DNA from: a virus
Virus record (IMG/VR): IMGVR_UViG_3300045988_011313
Coordinates: 1-64,000 of that record
Direction: 5' to 3' (one strand)
DNA: 64,000 bases
Shown one piece after another: positions 20,694 through 28,915 of this stretch (its first letter is position 1; each line of letters begins with the position of its first letter). A program made the translations under genes and the position numbers. The notes under the pieces are model-generated. The model was not told where the DNA came from, made no database searches, and worked only from the letters and a program-made list of their open reading frames with translations.

Positions 20694-21476
20694 TTAGACA
20701 GTTGCAGTAGTACCACTAACTACTCTTGGGCAGCCACATTGGTTAGCACCAACATAGCCTGTTACAACAGGAGTGTTAGGTAGACATACCTCACCATAGA
20801 TGGCTTTGCAAGTCTTTCTGTCAGTATAGTTAATACCAGCAGTGAATGCCTTGTCAATCTCACATTGGATAAGCTTATCCTGGTAAGGTCTTACAGCAGC
20901 ATTAATAGCTACCTGAGCCTTCAAGTCACTTAATTCCTTTCTGATGTTATCATCAGCATCTCTCTGAGACTTATACAGATTGAAAGCATCTTGGTTTTGC
21001 TTTGCAGCCATTACATCAAAGCTGTCTCTTGTACTCTTATATAGACCAAAGTCAGCATCAATCTGACCCTTCCATACACTAAATAGTTCACTATTCAATG
21101 TCTGTCTATCAGCAAATCTTTGTGATTGCTGAACAAGTGCCCAGTCATAAAGACCCTTTTGTAGAGCAAGAGTATCCTCACAGCTCTTTTCCCATGCTTG
21201 GAAAGCAGAAGGAGAAGTTACACCATTAGCTGCTCCAAGACCAGTCTCAAGACCATTGATATTGATGTTTGAGCCACCCATACCTGAACCAGCAAGACCC
21301 AATAGACCACTACTTCTTCTATTACCAAATAGTGCCCAAGCACCAAGTGCAGTACCTATGATACCAAGAGTAAGACCTGCATTAGCCTTACCATTGACAT
21401 CTCTTCTACCATAACCATAGTAGCCATCAGTAGGAACTTCCTTTACCTTTTCTACTTGCTTCTCAATTATTTCCAT
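20694..21476 (-). CDS. hypothetical membrane-associated/virion protein (260 aa)
   Basis: ORF with one hydrophobic segment (LTLGIIGTALGAWALF), a Gly-rich linker, a coiled coil and a Cys-containing C-terminus. It has its own promoter motif. Confidence 0.45.
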   Translation of the reverse strand: MEIIEKQVEKVKEVPTDGYYGYGRRDVNGKANAGLTLGIIGTALGAWALFGNRRSSGLLGLAGSGMGGSNININGLETGLGAANGVTSPSAFQAWEKSCEDTLALQKGLYDWALVQQSQRFADRQTLNSELFSVWKGQIDADFGLYKSTRDSFDVMAAKQNQDAFNLYKSQRDADDNIRKELSDLKAQVAINAAVRPYQDKLIQCEIDKAFTAGINYTDRKTCKAIYGEVCLPNTPVVTGYVGANQCGCPRVVSGTTATV

Positions 21477-21533
21477 AGTAGCAATTTTTGAAATTAGTTA
21501 TTGTTTTATCTCTCTTATTGTAAGCTTACAGGT

Positions 21534-21572
21534 GCAAAGGTAAGTAATATTTATCAGGATGCCTATCAATGC
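21534..21572 (-). promoter_or_regulatory. Bacteroidota-type promoter (-7 TAccTTTGCA; -33 less clear)
   Basis: The reverse complement reads ...TTACTTACCTTTGCACC about 55 nt upstream of the ATG at 21476, with an aTTGAt candidate -33. Confidence 0.5.
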
Positions 21573-21582
21573 TAATGGACAT

Positions 21583-21618
21583 AAAAATACCCCCTTAAAG
21601 CCTTGACTCTAAGGGGGT
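21583..21618 (-). terminator. rho-independent terminator (distal of a tandem pair)
   Basis: Minus-sense hairpin accccctta-N12-taagggggt followed by ATTTTTAT. Confidence 0.6.
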
Positions 21619-21620
21619 TA

Positions 21621-21655
21621 TAAAACAAAAGAGTTAGCATTATGTTGCTAACTCT
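21621..21655 (-). terminator. rho-independent terminator (proximal of a tandem pair, overlaps the stop of 21648..21992)
   Basis: Minus-sense hairpin agagttagca-N6-tgctaactct followed by TTTGTTTTAT. Confidence 0.6.
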
Positions 21656-21992
21656 TTATTAATCTATCATGTTTATAGAAAACCTCTGTTATCTTATTGT
21701 ATATGTAAGTAAGGAGATAGGCATCAACTTCATCATTATCTCTTTGTGGTTCATATCCTATATATCTCCATATAGCATTCTTGACATGCTCTGATTCATG
21801 AGCAATACTGCTCCCTCTCTCAGCATTTACAGCTACGAGAGATGCACCATGCTTATGTATAGTAATTGCATTTGCCTCTGTTCCCATTTCACTAGCAGGC
21901 AAGAACTTGTCACATTCCTCCCACTTATCAAATATAACTATTGTTAGCTTATAGTTGAATATAGGAATTATTATTTTCTTTTGGGTTATCAT
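21648..21992 (-). CDS. small HExxH protein, putative zinc metallopeptidase-like (114 aa)
   Basis: Motif SIAHESEHVKNA (HExxH). Followed by two terminators. Confidence 0.4.
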   Translation of the reverse strand: MITQKKIIIPIFNYKLTIVIFDKWEECDKFLPASEMGTEANAITIHKHGASLVAVNAERGSSIAHESEHVKNAIWRYIGYEPQRDNDEVDAYLLTYIYNKITEVFYKHDRLIKS

Positions 21993-22037
21993 ATCTTCTC
22001 CTTCTAATTACATTATACAGTTCTATTAGACTAGTTA

Positions 22038-22346
22038 CTAAGTAGGAGAGTGCTTCCTGCACTTCTTAACAAACTCATCTAACTCTTTCTTAGACCAGCT
22101 TAACTCCTTAAAACCTATCTCATGCTTACCTCTTGGTAACTTTCCTTCTCTAACATAGTTATCAAAAGTTGCTCTACTGACATTCAAATATTCACAAGCT
22201 GCATACTTGCTTAATCTTTTCTCCTTGTCAGTAAACCTCTTCAAACTATCTACTATTTCAAGGGCTTCTCCCTCAGATATATTTGAATTGCCTGCATCAA
22301 TATCATCTACTATCTTTAACAGTAGGCTCCTTATAACTTTTAACAT
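22038..22346 (-). CDS. helix-turn-helix DNA-binding protein (excisionase/MerR-type HTH), 102 aa
   Basis: KYAACEYLNVSRATFDNYVREGKLPRG resembles the HTH_17/excisionase-type motif. Confidence 0.5.
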   Translation of the reverse strand: MLKVIRSLLLKIVDDIDAGNSNISEGEALEIVDSLKRFTDKEKRLSKYAACEYLNVSRATFDNYVREGKLPRGKHEIGFKELSWSKKELDEFVKKCRKHSPT

Positions 22347-22713
22347 ATAAATAAAGTATTATGAATAATGAAATGCCTGCTATTATTAATTGAATGCCTA
22401 AATACCAAATATCACTAACAGGTATTCCTATATACAAATCTATTATATTTAGTATCCAAGTTATAGTAGTATAATGTATAAACATCCTGTGATATTCACA
22501 AAACTTAAATACATAAGATGTAATATACAGGAATAGTAATGTTATAAAAGATACACTACCAATATAACTTAGTATTACTGTGTTAATATCAAAATAGGAT
22601 AGAGTTGTATTTAGTAAACTAAGTAGTGCATAAATCATAGGTATTACTTTTACTAAATATAACTCTATCTTGTACAATAATTTATTCATTACTTTTTCAT
22701 TTTGCCTCCACAA
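22303..22713 (-). CDS. multi-pass membrane protein (holin candidate), 136 aa
   Basis: About four hydrophobic segments. Lies next to hydrolase-like and membrane-anchored coiled-coil genes. Confidence 0.4.
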   Translation of the reverse strand: MWRQNEKVMNKLLYKIELYLVKVIPMIYALLSLLNTTLSYFDINTVILSYIGSVSFITLLFLYITSYVFKFCEYHRMFIHYTTITWILNIIDLYIGIPVSDIWYLGIQLIIAGISLFIILYLYVKSYKEPTVKDSR

Positions 22714-22789
22714 GCATATCTTCTCTTAGTCTTAGTGACACCAGCTTTAGCTGTCATGGGCTTTGCTCTACCTGTTCTTCTTGCCATAA

Positions 22790-23260
22790 TTATAAAATTT
22801 TAATTGTTATTTTTTCACCTTTATCATGCTTGTCTTTAAGAAGCTTGTATAACTCTTTGAAAGTCTCTCTGCTGTTTATTACCTGACCCTTAACCTTATT
22901 GACACCTACTAATAGGCATCCTGCTGAGTCTTTGTCTGTATTACCAGCATGAATAAGTACACCTTCAAATCCCTTTACATTAAGTAGTCTTGGTACTTTA
23001 CCATTACATACTTGCTTATAGAAACTATTAGTGCAGTACTTAGGAGAAATGACATCTAAGGTAATCTCATAAGTACCTTTTGGTATAGCTGTAATTGAAG
23101 GCTTCTTCAACTCCCTAATCTTAGCTATACTCATAGAGTTGTCAAGATTTCTATCCTTGTCCTCAAGCACATTGCAGAACCACTTTCCATCAATAGTAAG
23201 ATTACTTATTGTGTAGTTCTGCTTCTTCCATTTTCTGTCCACTACTAATTCCATGTTCAT
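22790..23260 (-). CDS. hypothetical protein, possible cell-wall hydrolase of the lysis cluster (156 aa)
   Basis: Motif GVLIHAGNTDKDSAGCLLVG, with membrane proteins on both sides. Enzymatic role is inferred from context only. Confidence 0.3.
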   Translation of the reverse strand: MNMELVVDRKWKKQNYTISNLTIDGKWFCNVLEDKDRNLDNSMSIAKIRELKKPSITAIPKGTYEITLDVISPKYCTNSFYKQVCNGKVPRLLNVKGFEGVLIHAGNTDKDSAGCLLVGVNKVKGQVINSRETFKELYKLLKDKHDKGEKITIKIL

Positions 23261-23579
23261 TAAAAAGGTTTAAGTCTCTTTTCCTTAACTGGCAGGTGAG
23301 GTCAGTACATATGGAACTCATAAGGTTAAACAACTGTTTCCTAAGTTCCCCAACTTCCTGCTCTAAATCTGCATTCCTTTTTAGTACCTCTTCCAACCTC
23401 TCTCTATTATCAGAGGAGAGCTTCTCATAAAAATCCAATGATTCTTTCATGTTATTTATGAGGTTACTATCAACTTCACTATTATACTTCTTTCTTGCAA
23501 AGAACCACGATGTCCAGCCACTGACTATTGTGGTAACAAGCCCTACACCTCCAGTGATTAGTATTCCTAAGTCAATCAT
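23202..23579 (-). CDS. N-terminally membrane-anchored coiled-coil protein (spanin-like candidate), 125 aa
   Basis: TM segment LGILITGGVGLVTTIVSGWTSWFFA followed by a coiled coil. Overlaps the next gene by 59 nt. Confidence 0.35.
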   Translation of the reverse strand: MIDLGILITGGVGLVTTIVSGWTSWFFARKKYNSEVDSNLINNMKESLDFYEKLSSDNRERLEEVLKRNADLEQEVGELRKQLFNLMSSICTDLTCQLRKRDLNLFNEHGISSGQKMEEAELHNK

Positions 23580-23581
23580 AA

Positions 23582-24190
23582 TTATTCTATAATCTCTACA
23601 AATTTATTATTAGTTTCTTTTATGTAGGGGTTCTTCTCCATTACATGCACTTCCATTACCCAGTGTTTCTTTTGAAACCACCTAAATAGAAAGAATTTCT
23701 TAGGTGGATTTATAGTTTCCTTCTTTTTATTTACTATAATATACTTCTCACTAGTAAATGTAGGTTCAGTATATATAAGGTTAGGATATTTTAGTCCTAA
23801 TCTTATATTATACCATTTATCTCCAATCAAGGTATCTAGAACTAAATTCCTATCTTTAAATATTGTGTCAGTAAAAAGTACTGTGTCTTTTCTAGTAGAT
23901 ATTGATTTAAGATACTGTAATTGTTTTAAGTTCCCATCCTTTATCTTTAACTCCTTCCTGACATCATTCATCTTTTGCAAAATAGAGTCATTGTAGTAGT
24001 TAAGCTGTTCTATAGTAAATTTGAATGCTCTGCTTTCATTCTTTAAAGATGAGTTCTCTGCTATAAATGCTTTTTGATTATTTCTTAAGGTACATACTTC
24101 TTTTTTTAAATCCTGTCGTTCATTCCATATATATATACCTATACCCAACAAACTTACTATAAAAAGAACTCTAAATAAATTTAATTTCAT
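23582..24190 (-). CDS. N-terminally membrane-anchored protein (202 aa), lysis-cluster candidate
   Basis: TM segment LFRVLFIVSLLGIGIYIW followed by a coiled coil. Confidence 0.35.
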   Translation of the reverse strand: MKLNLFRVLFIVSLLGIGIYIWNERQDLKKEVCTLRNNQKAFIAENSSLKNESRAFKFTIEQLNYYNDSILQKMNDVRKELKIKDGNLKQLQYLKSISTRKDTVLFTDTIFKDRNLVLDTLIGDKWYNIRLGLKYPNLIYTEPTFTSEKYIIVNKKKETINPPKKFFLFRWFQKKHWVMEVHVMEKNPYIKETNNKFVEIIE

Positions 24191-24408
24191 TACAAATATT
24201 TATCTAAAATATAAATAAAGAAAGATTAATAAAAGCACAGTGATGGTCATATACACCACCATGCTTATTATATTCCTATATCTTGTTTTATGAAGTCAGT
24301 GACTTAAAGTTCAATTAATAACTTTATCTATAACTCTCCATAGTTCTTTCTCTTTATCATTCATATCAATATAATTTAAAGTTAAACGATTAGATTTGTA
24401 TTACTTAT

Positions 24409-25833
24409 TTAAACAGTAGTATTATCTTTTGTTAGTATTCCTAGTTCAATACATTTATCTAAATTAAGAGAATAAAGTTCATTACTATCAGTTACTAATT
24501 TTAAATTACTAGGAAATGTTGCTCCGCTATCAGTAAAACCTAACATTTTATCCATTGTAGCATTATCATTGTTTAGATCTCCATAACTAATAGCAATACC
24601 ATCAAGTCCAAGTTGAGTCATTACTAGAGCACCATCTGTACCAAGTGATACACAATATATATTAGTGTCATCATTGAAAATAGTATAAGCTTCTGTAATT
24701 TTACCTTTATTATTATTTACATATTCAGCCAATTCTTCAAAACTTTTAAAAGAAGAAGCAAAATTACAATATTTAATATTATGTAAACCATCAACTAAAG
24801 CTATATGTTTAAGCTTATTATCTTTCTCTTCATCAACTAGTTCTATAGTTCCAGACTTATCAGGAAAAGTATAAGTAAAATTATTTCTCTTTATATCAGC
24901 TGCTGAATAAATAGTTTTTGCAGTATCATCTTCATCAAAACCACTAGTTGTACTAGTAATAGTTATAGCTTTAGGATTTATATTAATTGAATTACTACCA
25001 AATACTGTATTATAAATAATATCAATATTGTTAGAAGTAATATTAGTATCATATGTGTTTTTACCACTAGCACTATAACAATGAAACTTTTTAGCTACAC
25101 AATTTCCATCATCAGTTACATTAAATATAACATCATTACTATTTTCAGTAACAACGTTATACTTTATTCCATTATACCCAACAGTTAATGTTTTAGTTTT
25201 ATCATTATTTACAAAAGTAGGATTTGCTTCATTTTCACTATCTGCAAGCAATCTACCATTAGCTTTAGGAAGAGTATAGGTATAGTCACCACTTTCATCT
25301 TCTTCATCAGTCATACTATTATCTTCAAAATATTTATATTTTATAGTACTTGGTGTAATTGTTATTCTATGTGTACTATTATCAGCACTATCAGTAGAAG
25401 TATCATCTACTATAAGACCTGTTTGATTTAATGTTGTACTATTAGAACCCCTAGTATATGATATTTCTGTTCCATTTATTTTTATATTATCATTTTTTAT
25501 ATCAATACCATCATTTGATGCATTAAAAGTATATACTCCGTTTGTATATTTAATTCCTCCATAACCTATAGAAGTATGTTCTTCTTGAAATTCAGGATTT
25601 ACATAAGTTATACTATCAGGAATATTTAATCTAGTACCAACATAATTATCTATTTTATTTTTATCCTCAGAACTCATTAAACCCGCAGTCTCTTTTGTTG
25701 CAGGTTTAAGTATAGTATCCAATCTGACATTATTCTCATCATATACAGCTTTAGTAGAAGTAACAGGATATACATCAGTACCTTGAGTACCTCCTACTAA
25801 TTCATTTTCTAAGATTTTCTTTATTTTTCCCAT
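24409..25833 (-). CDS. tail fibre/receptor-binding protein (474 aa)
   Basis: N-terminus GGTQGTDVYPVTSTKAVYDENN is typical of fibre attachment domains. Asn/Thr/Ser/Asp-rich beta-type composition. Markedly AT-rich DNA. Confidence 0.55.
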   Translation of the reverse strand: MGKIKKILENELVGGTQGTDVYPVTSTKAVYDENNVRLDTILKPATKETAGLMSSEDKNKIDNYVGTRLNIPDSITYVNPEFQEEHTSIGYGGIKYTNGVYTFNASNDGIDIKNDNIKINGTEISYTRGSNSTTLNQTGLIVDDTSTDSADNSTHRITITPSTIKYKYFEDNSMTDEEDESGDYTYTLPKANGRLLADSENEANPTFVNNDKTKTLTVGYNGIKYNVVTENSNDVIFNVTDDGNCVAKKFHCYSASGKNTYDTNITSNNIDIIYNTVFGSNSININPKAITITSTTSGFDEDDTAKTIYSAADIKRNNFTYTFPDKSGTIELVDEEKDNKLKHIALVDGLHNIKYCNFASSFKSFEELAEYVNNNKGKITEAYTIFNDDTNIYCVSLGTDGALVMTQLGLDGIAISYGDLNNDNATMDKMLGFTDSGATFPSNLKLVTDSNELYSLNLDKCIELGILTKDNTTV

Positions 25834-25863
25834 ATTTCATAATTGTTTCTTAAAACAACCAAT

Positions 25864-27933
25864 TTAATCATCTAAAACTGTAACCTTAACAAATCCAATA
25901 TATACACTAGGTACATAAATACTATTATCAGTAGAAAGAAAAAGAAGACCATTATAACTGAAATAAATGCAGTTACCACCAACAACAGTACAATTAATAC
26001 TATCATAATTATCGTTCTTATGATAAGAATTTTTATAGTCACCATTATAATATAACTTACTAGGAACTATATCTCCTTTATCATTTATTCTTACTTCTTT
26101 TAAGTAATCGCTATTTCCTTTACCTAAACCTTTTATTTGATGTTCCTTATTATCAATAGTATCATCAAACTTGGAAATATCATCTGTATAATACCAAATT
26201 TTTTCGTCTTTATCAGTATCGTAGTTATTCTTGTTCAACATATTATCTATATTAATCCAAATATCTCCATACCAAAAAACATTGAATCCTCTCCAATGAG
26301 GAACATCCCAAGAATTTTGATTTTGAATCATATTATAAGCAGGAGCAGAAATAATTTCAATAACTATATTACAGTCGGTTTGAAGTTTACCAAAATAAAT
26401 TTTTCTTTGATTATTACCAGTACCCCATTCTACATCATAAGTTCCATCAGTTGTAATAGTAAGATTACCTTTTTCTCTTCTAAATACTACAGTTTGGTCA
26501 TCAGTTAAACCTGTAATTTTATATCTAGTAACACTTCCAACTTTATTGGCATCAGCATAGATATTCCAATTTGTAGTAAGTATTTTAATACTTGTTATGG
26601 TAAGAATTTTATTATCAGAACTTATAGTAGCTATAATACCATCTGTATTATACTTATTCCAATAATTATTAGCAGCAATTGGAGTATCCCATTGCCTATA
26701 AGCTCTAGTTTTAATATTAGTTTTATTACCAAATTCAAGAGTATAATCGTTAGGAACAAACTTTTGATATTCGTTATAATTTGTCAAGTCGGTTCCACCT
26801 CCAACTCCATTACCTAATCCTCCTTGATGATAACCTTCAGTAGTAAGTTCAGAATTATGTGTTTTCTTAACATCAAAGTCAGCATATTCAATAACATAAC
26901 TCCAAACAATAGCTTCCCAAATTTGCTTATAAAGCATTTGACCACCATCAGTCTTTTGAGAATAACTTCTCATAGTAGCAAGCTCCAAATTAGTTCTAGC
27001 TTTACCGAATTGACATCTAAAATTATCAACTCCTAAATATGTATCAAAAGTAGTAGTATTACCTCCACCTCTAAGATTAGTACTATAATTAATAACATTT
27101 ACAGCTGTATTGGCTTCTAGACTACCAATCCAACCCCATTTGGTATCATTAAAAGCAACATTAAGAACACAAGCTCTATCTATACCAATAATATGTCTTT
27201 TTATTTCTCTAGCATAAGGAACACATTTATAAAGACTTTGCCAAACTTCATTACCTGCACCATCATTATCTACAGACCATTGATAGAATTTACCACCTGT
27301 ATCAACACCTATTTCTCCATCATAACCATTAAGTACTGTTCCAAGTTCAACACTATAATCTGCACCAGTATTTACAATATAGTCAAGAGGTATAGTAGTC
27401 TCAGCATAAGTAGACTTAGATGAAACATTTATATTTATATATGCGGTTTTATTTATAGTATCTATATAAACAATTCTAGCTAAACAAGTATTGTCTGTAC
27501 TTCTAATATAAATATAAGCATAAAGATATTTGTAATCTACAAATATATCATTTATTATTTTATAACTAACAGTACCATTTTCATCACAACAAACTATTCC
27601 ACTAGGAAGACCATCACAAGGTTCAAATACAAAATCATCTTTTGAAAGAATAGTCGGATTTTCTCTAAATCTACTATCGTCAGGATTACAATAATATTGA
27701 ATTTCTTTACCTTTATGAATGCAAACTTTAAATCTACTTTGAATAGGAAGAGTTTTATGAAGTTCAAGATTACCAATTCTTTCACAAGCAGTAGTAGCTT
27801 GATTAACAGAATCCCAACGAACTCCATAAGCAAGCTTATTAATATTAGCCCAAAGAATATTACCTTCTTTGTCTTGTATTTTAGTTACATTACCTTCAGG
27901 TATTTGTATTGCAGTTACTTTACTAAAATCCAT
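25864..27933 (-). CDS. tail fibre/spike protein (689 aa)
   Basis: Long Asn/Tyr/Gly/Thr-rich ORF between two other fibre-like genes. AT-rich DNA. Confidence 0.5.
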   Translation of the reverse strand: MDFSKVTAIQIPEGNVTKIQDKEGNILWANINKLAYGVRWDSVNQATTACERIGNLELHKTLPIQSRFKVCIHKGKEIQYYCNPDDSRFRENPTILSKDDFVFEPCDGLPSGIVCCDENGTVSYKIINDIFVDYKYLYAYIYIRSTDNTCLARIVYIDTINKTAYININVSSKSTYAETTIPLDYIVNTGADYSVELGTVLNGYDGEIGVDTGGKFYQWSVDNDGAGNEVWQSLYKCVPYAREIKRHIIGIDRACVLNVAFNDTKWGWIGSLEANTAVNVINYSTNLRGGGNTTTFDTYLGVDNFRCQFGKARTNLELATMRSYSQKTDGGQMLYKQIWEAIVWSYVIEYADFDVKKTHNSELTTEGYHQGGLGNGVGGGTDLTNYNEYQKFVPNDYTLEFGNKTNIKTRAYRQWDTPIAANNYWNKYNTDGIIATISSDNKILTITSIKILTTNWNIYADANKVGSVTRYKITGLTDDQTVVFRREKGNLTITTDGTYDVEWGTGNNQRKIYFGKLQTDCNIVIEIISAPAYNMIQNQNSWDVPHWRGFNVFWYGDIWINIDNMLNKNNYDTDKDEKIWYYTDDISKFDDTIDNKEHQIKGLGKGNSDYLKEVRINDKGDIVPSKLYYNGDYKNSYHKNDNYDSINCTVVGGNCIYFSYNGLLFLSTDNSIYVPSVYIGFVKVTVLDD

Positions 27934-27942
27934 AATGCCTCC

Positions 27943-28911
27943 TTAAGCACCAGCTTGACTAGTTGTAGAAATAACTCTAATAGACTTAGTTACAGTAGAA
28001 CCATCTTCAAGAGTAAAGACGAAAGATTCTTCTGTACCAATATCTGCTAAATCACCATTACCAACATATGCTTTATGTGAATACGACTGTTCAAGATTTA
28101 CAAGAAAATAACCAACATTAGGTTTTCGATTAATACTACATCCAGTTAGTGAGGTAGCATTAATAAAATTACAGCTAATACCACTTGCATCAATATTACC
28201 ATAAAAATTGCATTGTTCCTTAAAGGTATTTTCTTTATCAAGTCTAGCATACTTACTTAAATCAGGGTCAGCTTTAAATTCACCCATTTTTTCCCAAGCA
28301 AATTGACCATCTGTCTGTTTAATATAGGCGTATTCTGTGTACTTATTTTCCTCTCCTACTACTGAAGAAAGTACACAATAAAGCTTTGATGTAGAAATAT
28401 TCTCAGTAGGTAATTCAGTAACTACTTCAAATAAATCTGTATTAGGATTAGTAAGGTCTATGTCAGCACTAGCTTTAGTAACTGAACCATCCTTACCTAT
28501 AGTATAAATAACAGCTCTACCACCACTTGTTACTATAAAAGCCTCACCTCCTGTAGTAGGCAACCATTTAGCTGCACCATAGCCATAATCAATATCAGCA
28601 AAGAATAAATGGTCTACTGATTGTATAGCTTGTAATTTAGCCAAGTTATTAGCCTTAACACTTTCACTATTACCTATTTCAAGCTCTATTACAGCTTTAC
28701 TATTAAGCACTGCTACATCTTTCTGTATATTACCTACTTCTTTATCAAGATTGTCTACCTTTTCCTCAAGCTCTTGTCTATCCTCATCCCATTCATCTAC
28801 AATTGAAGCCCATCCCTTAGTTCCAAAGAACTTCAGCTTTCCTTTATCAAGCCATAGGCTTTGGGGACTTGGTGCCTTAATATCTTCTACAATATCTCTA
28901 AATCTTCTCAT
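27943..28911 (-). CDS. fibre protein with N-terminal coiled coil (head- or tail-fibre), 322 aa
   Basis: Coiled coil EDRQELEEKVDNLDKEVGNIQKDVAVLN followed by a beta-rich C-terminal domain. Lies directly after the portal gene. Confidence 0.5.
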   Translation of the reverse strand: MRRFRDIVEDIKAPSPQSLWLDKGKLKFFGTKGWASIVDEWDEDRQELEEKVDNLDKEVGNIQKDVAVLNSKAVIELEIGNSESVKANNLAKLQAIQSVDHLFFADIDYGYGAAKWLPTTGGEAFIVTSGGRAVIYTIGKDGSVTKASADIDLTNPNTDLFEVVTELPTENISTSKLYCVLSSVVGEENKYTEYAYIKQTDGQFAWEKMGEFKADPDLSKYARLDKENTFKEQCNFYGNIDASGISCNFINATSLTGCSINRKPNVGYFLVNLEQSYSHKAYVGNGDLADIGTEESFVFTLEDGSTVTKSIRVISTTSQAGA

Positions 28912-28915
28912 TTAT

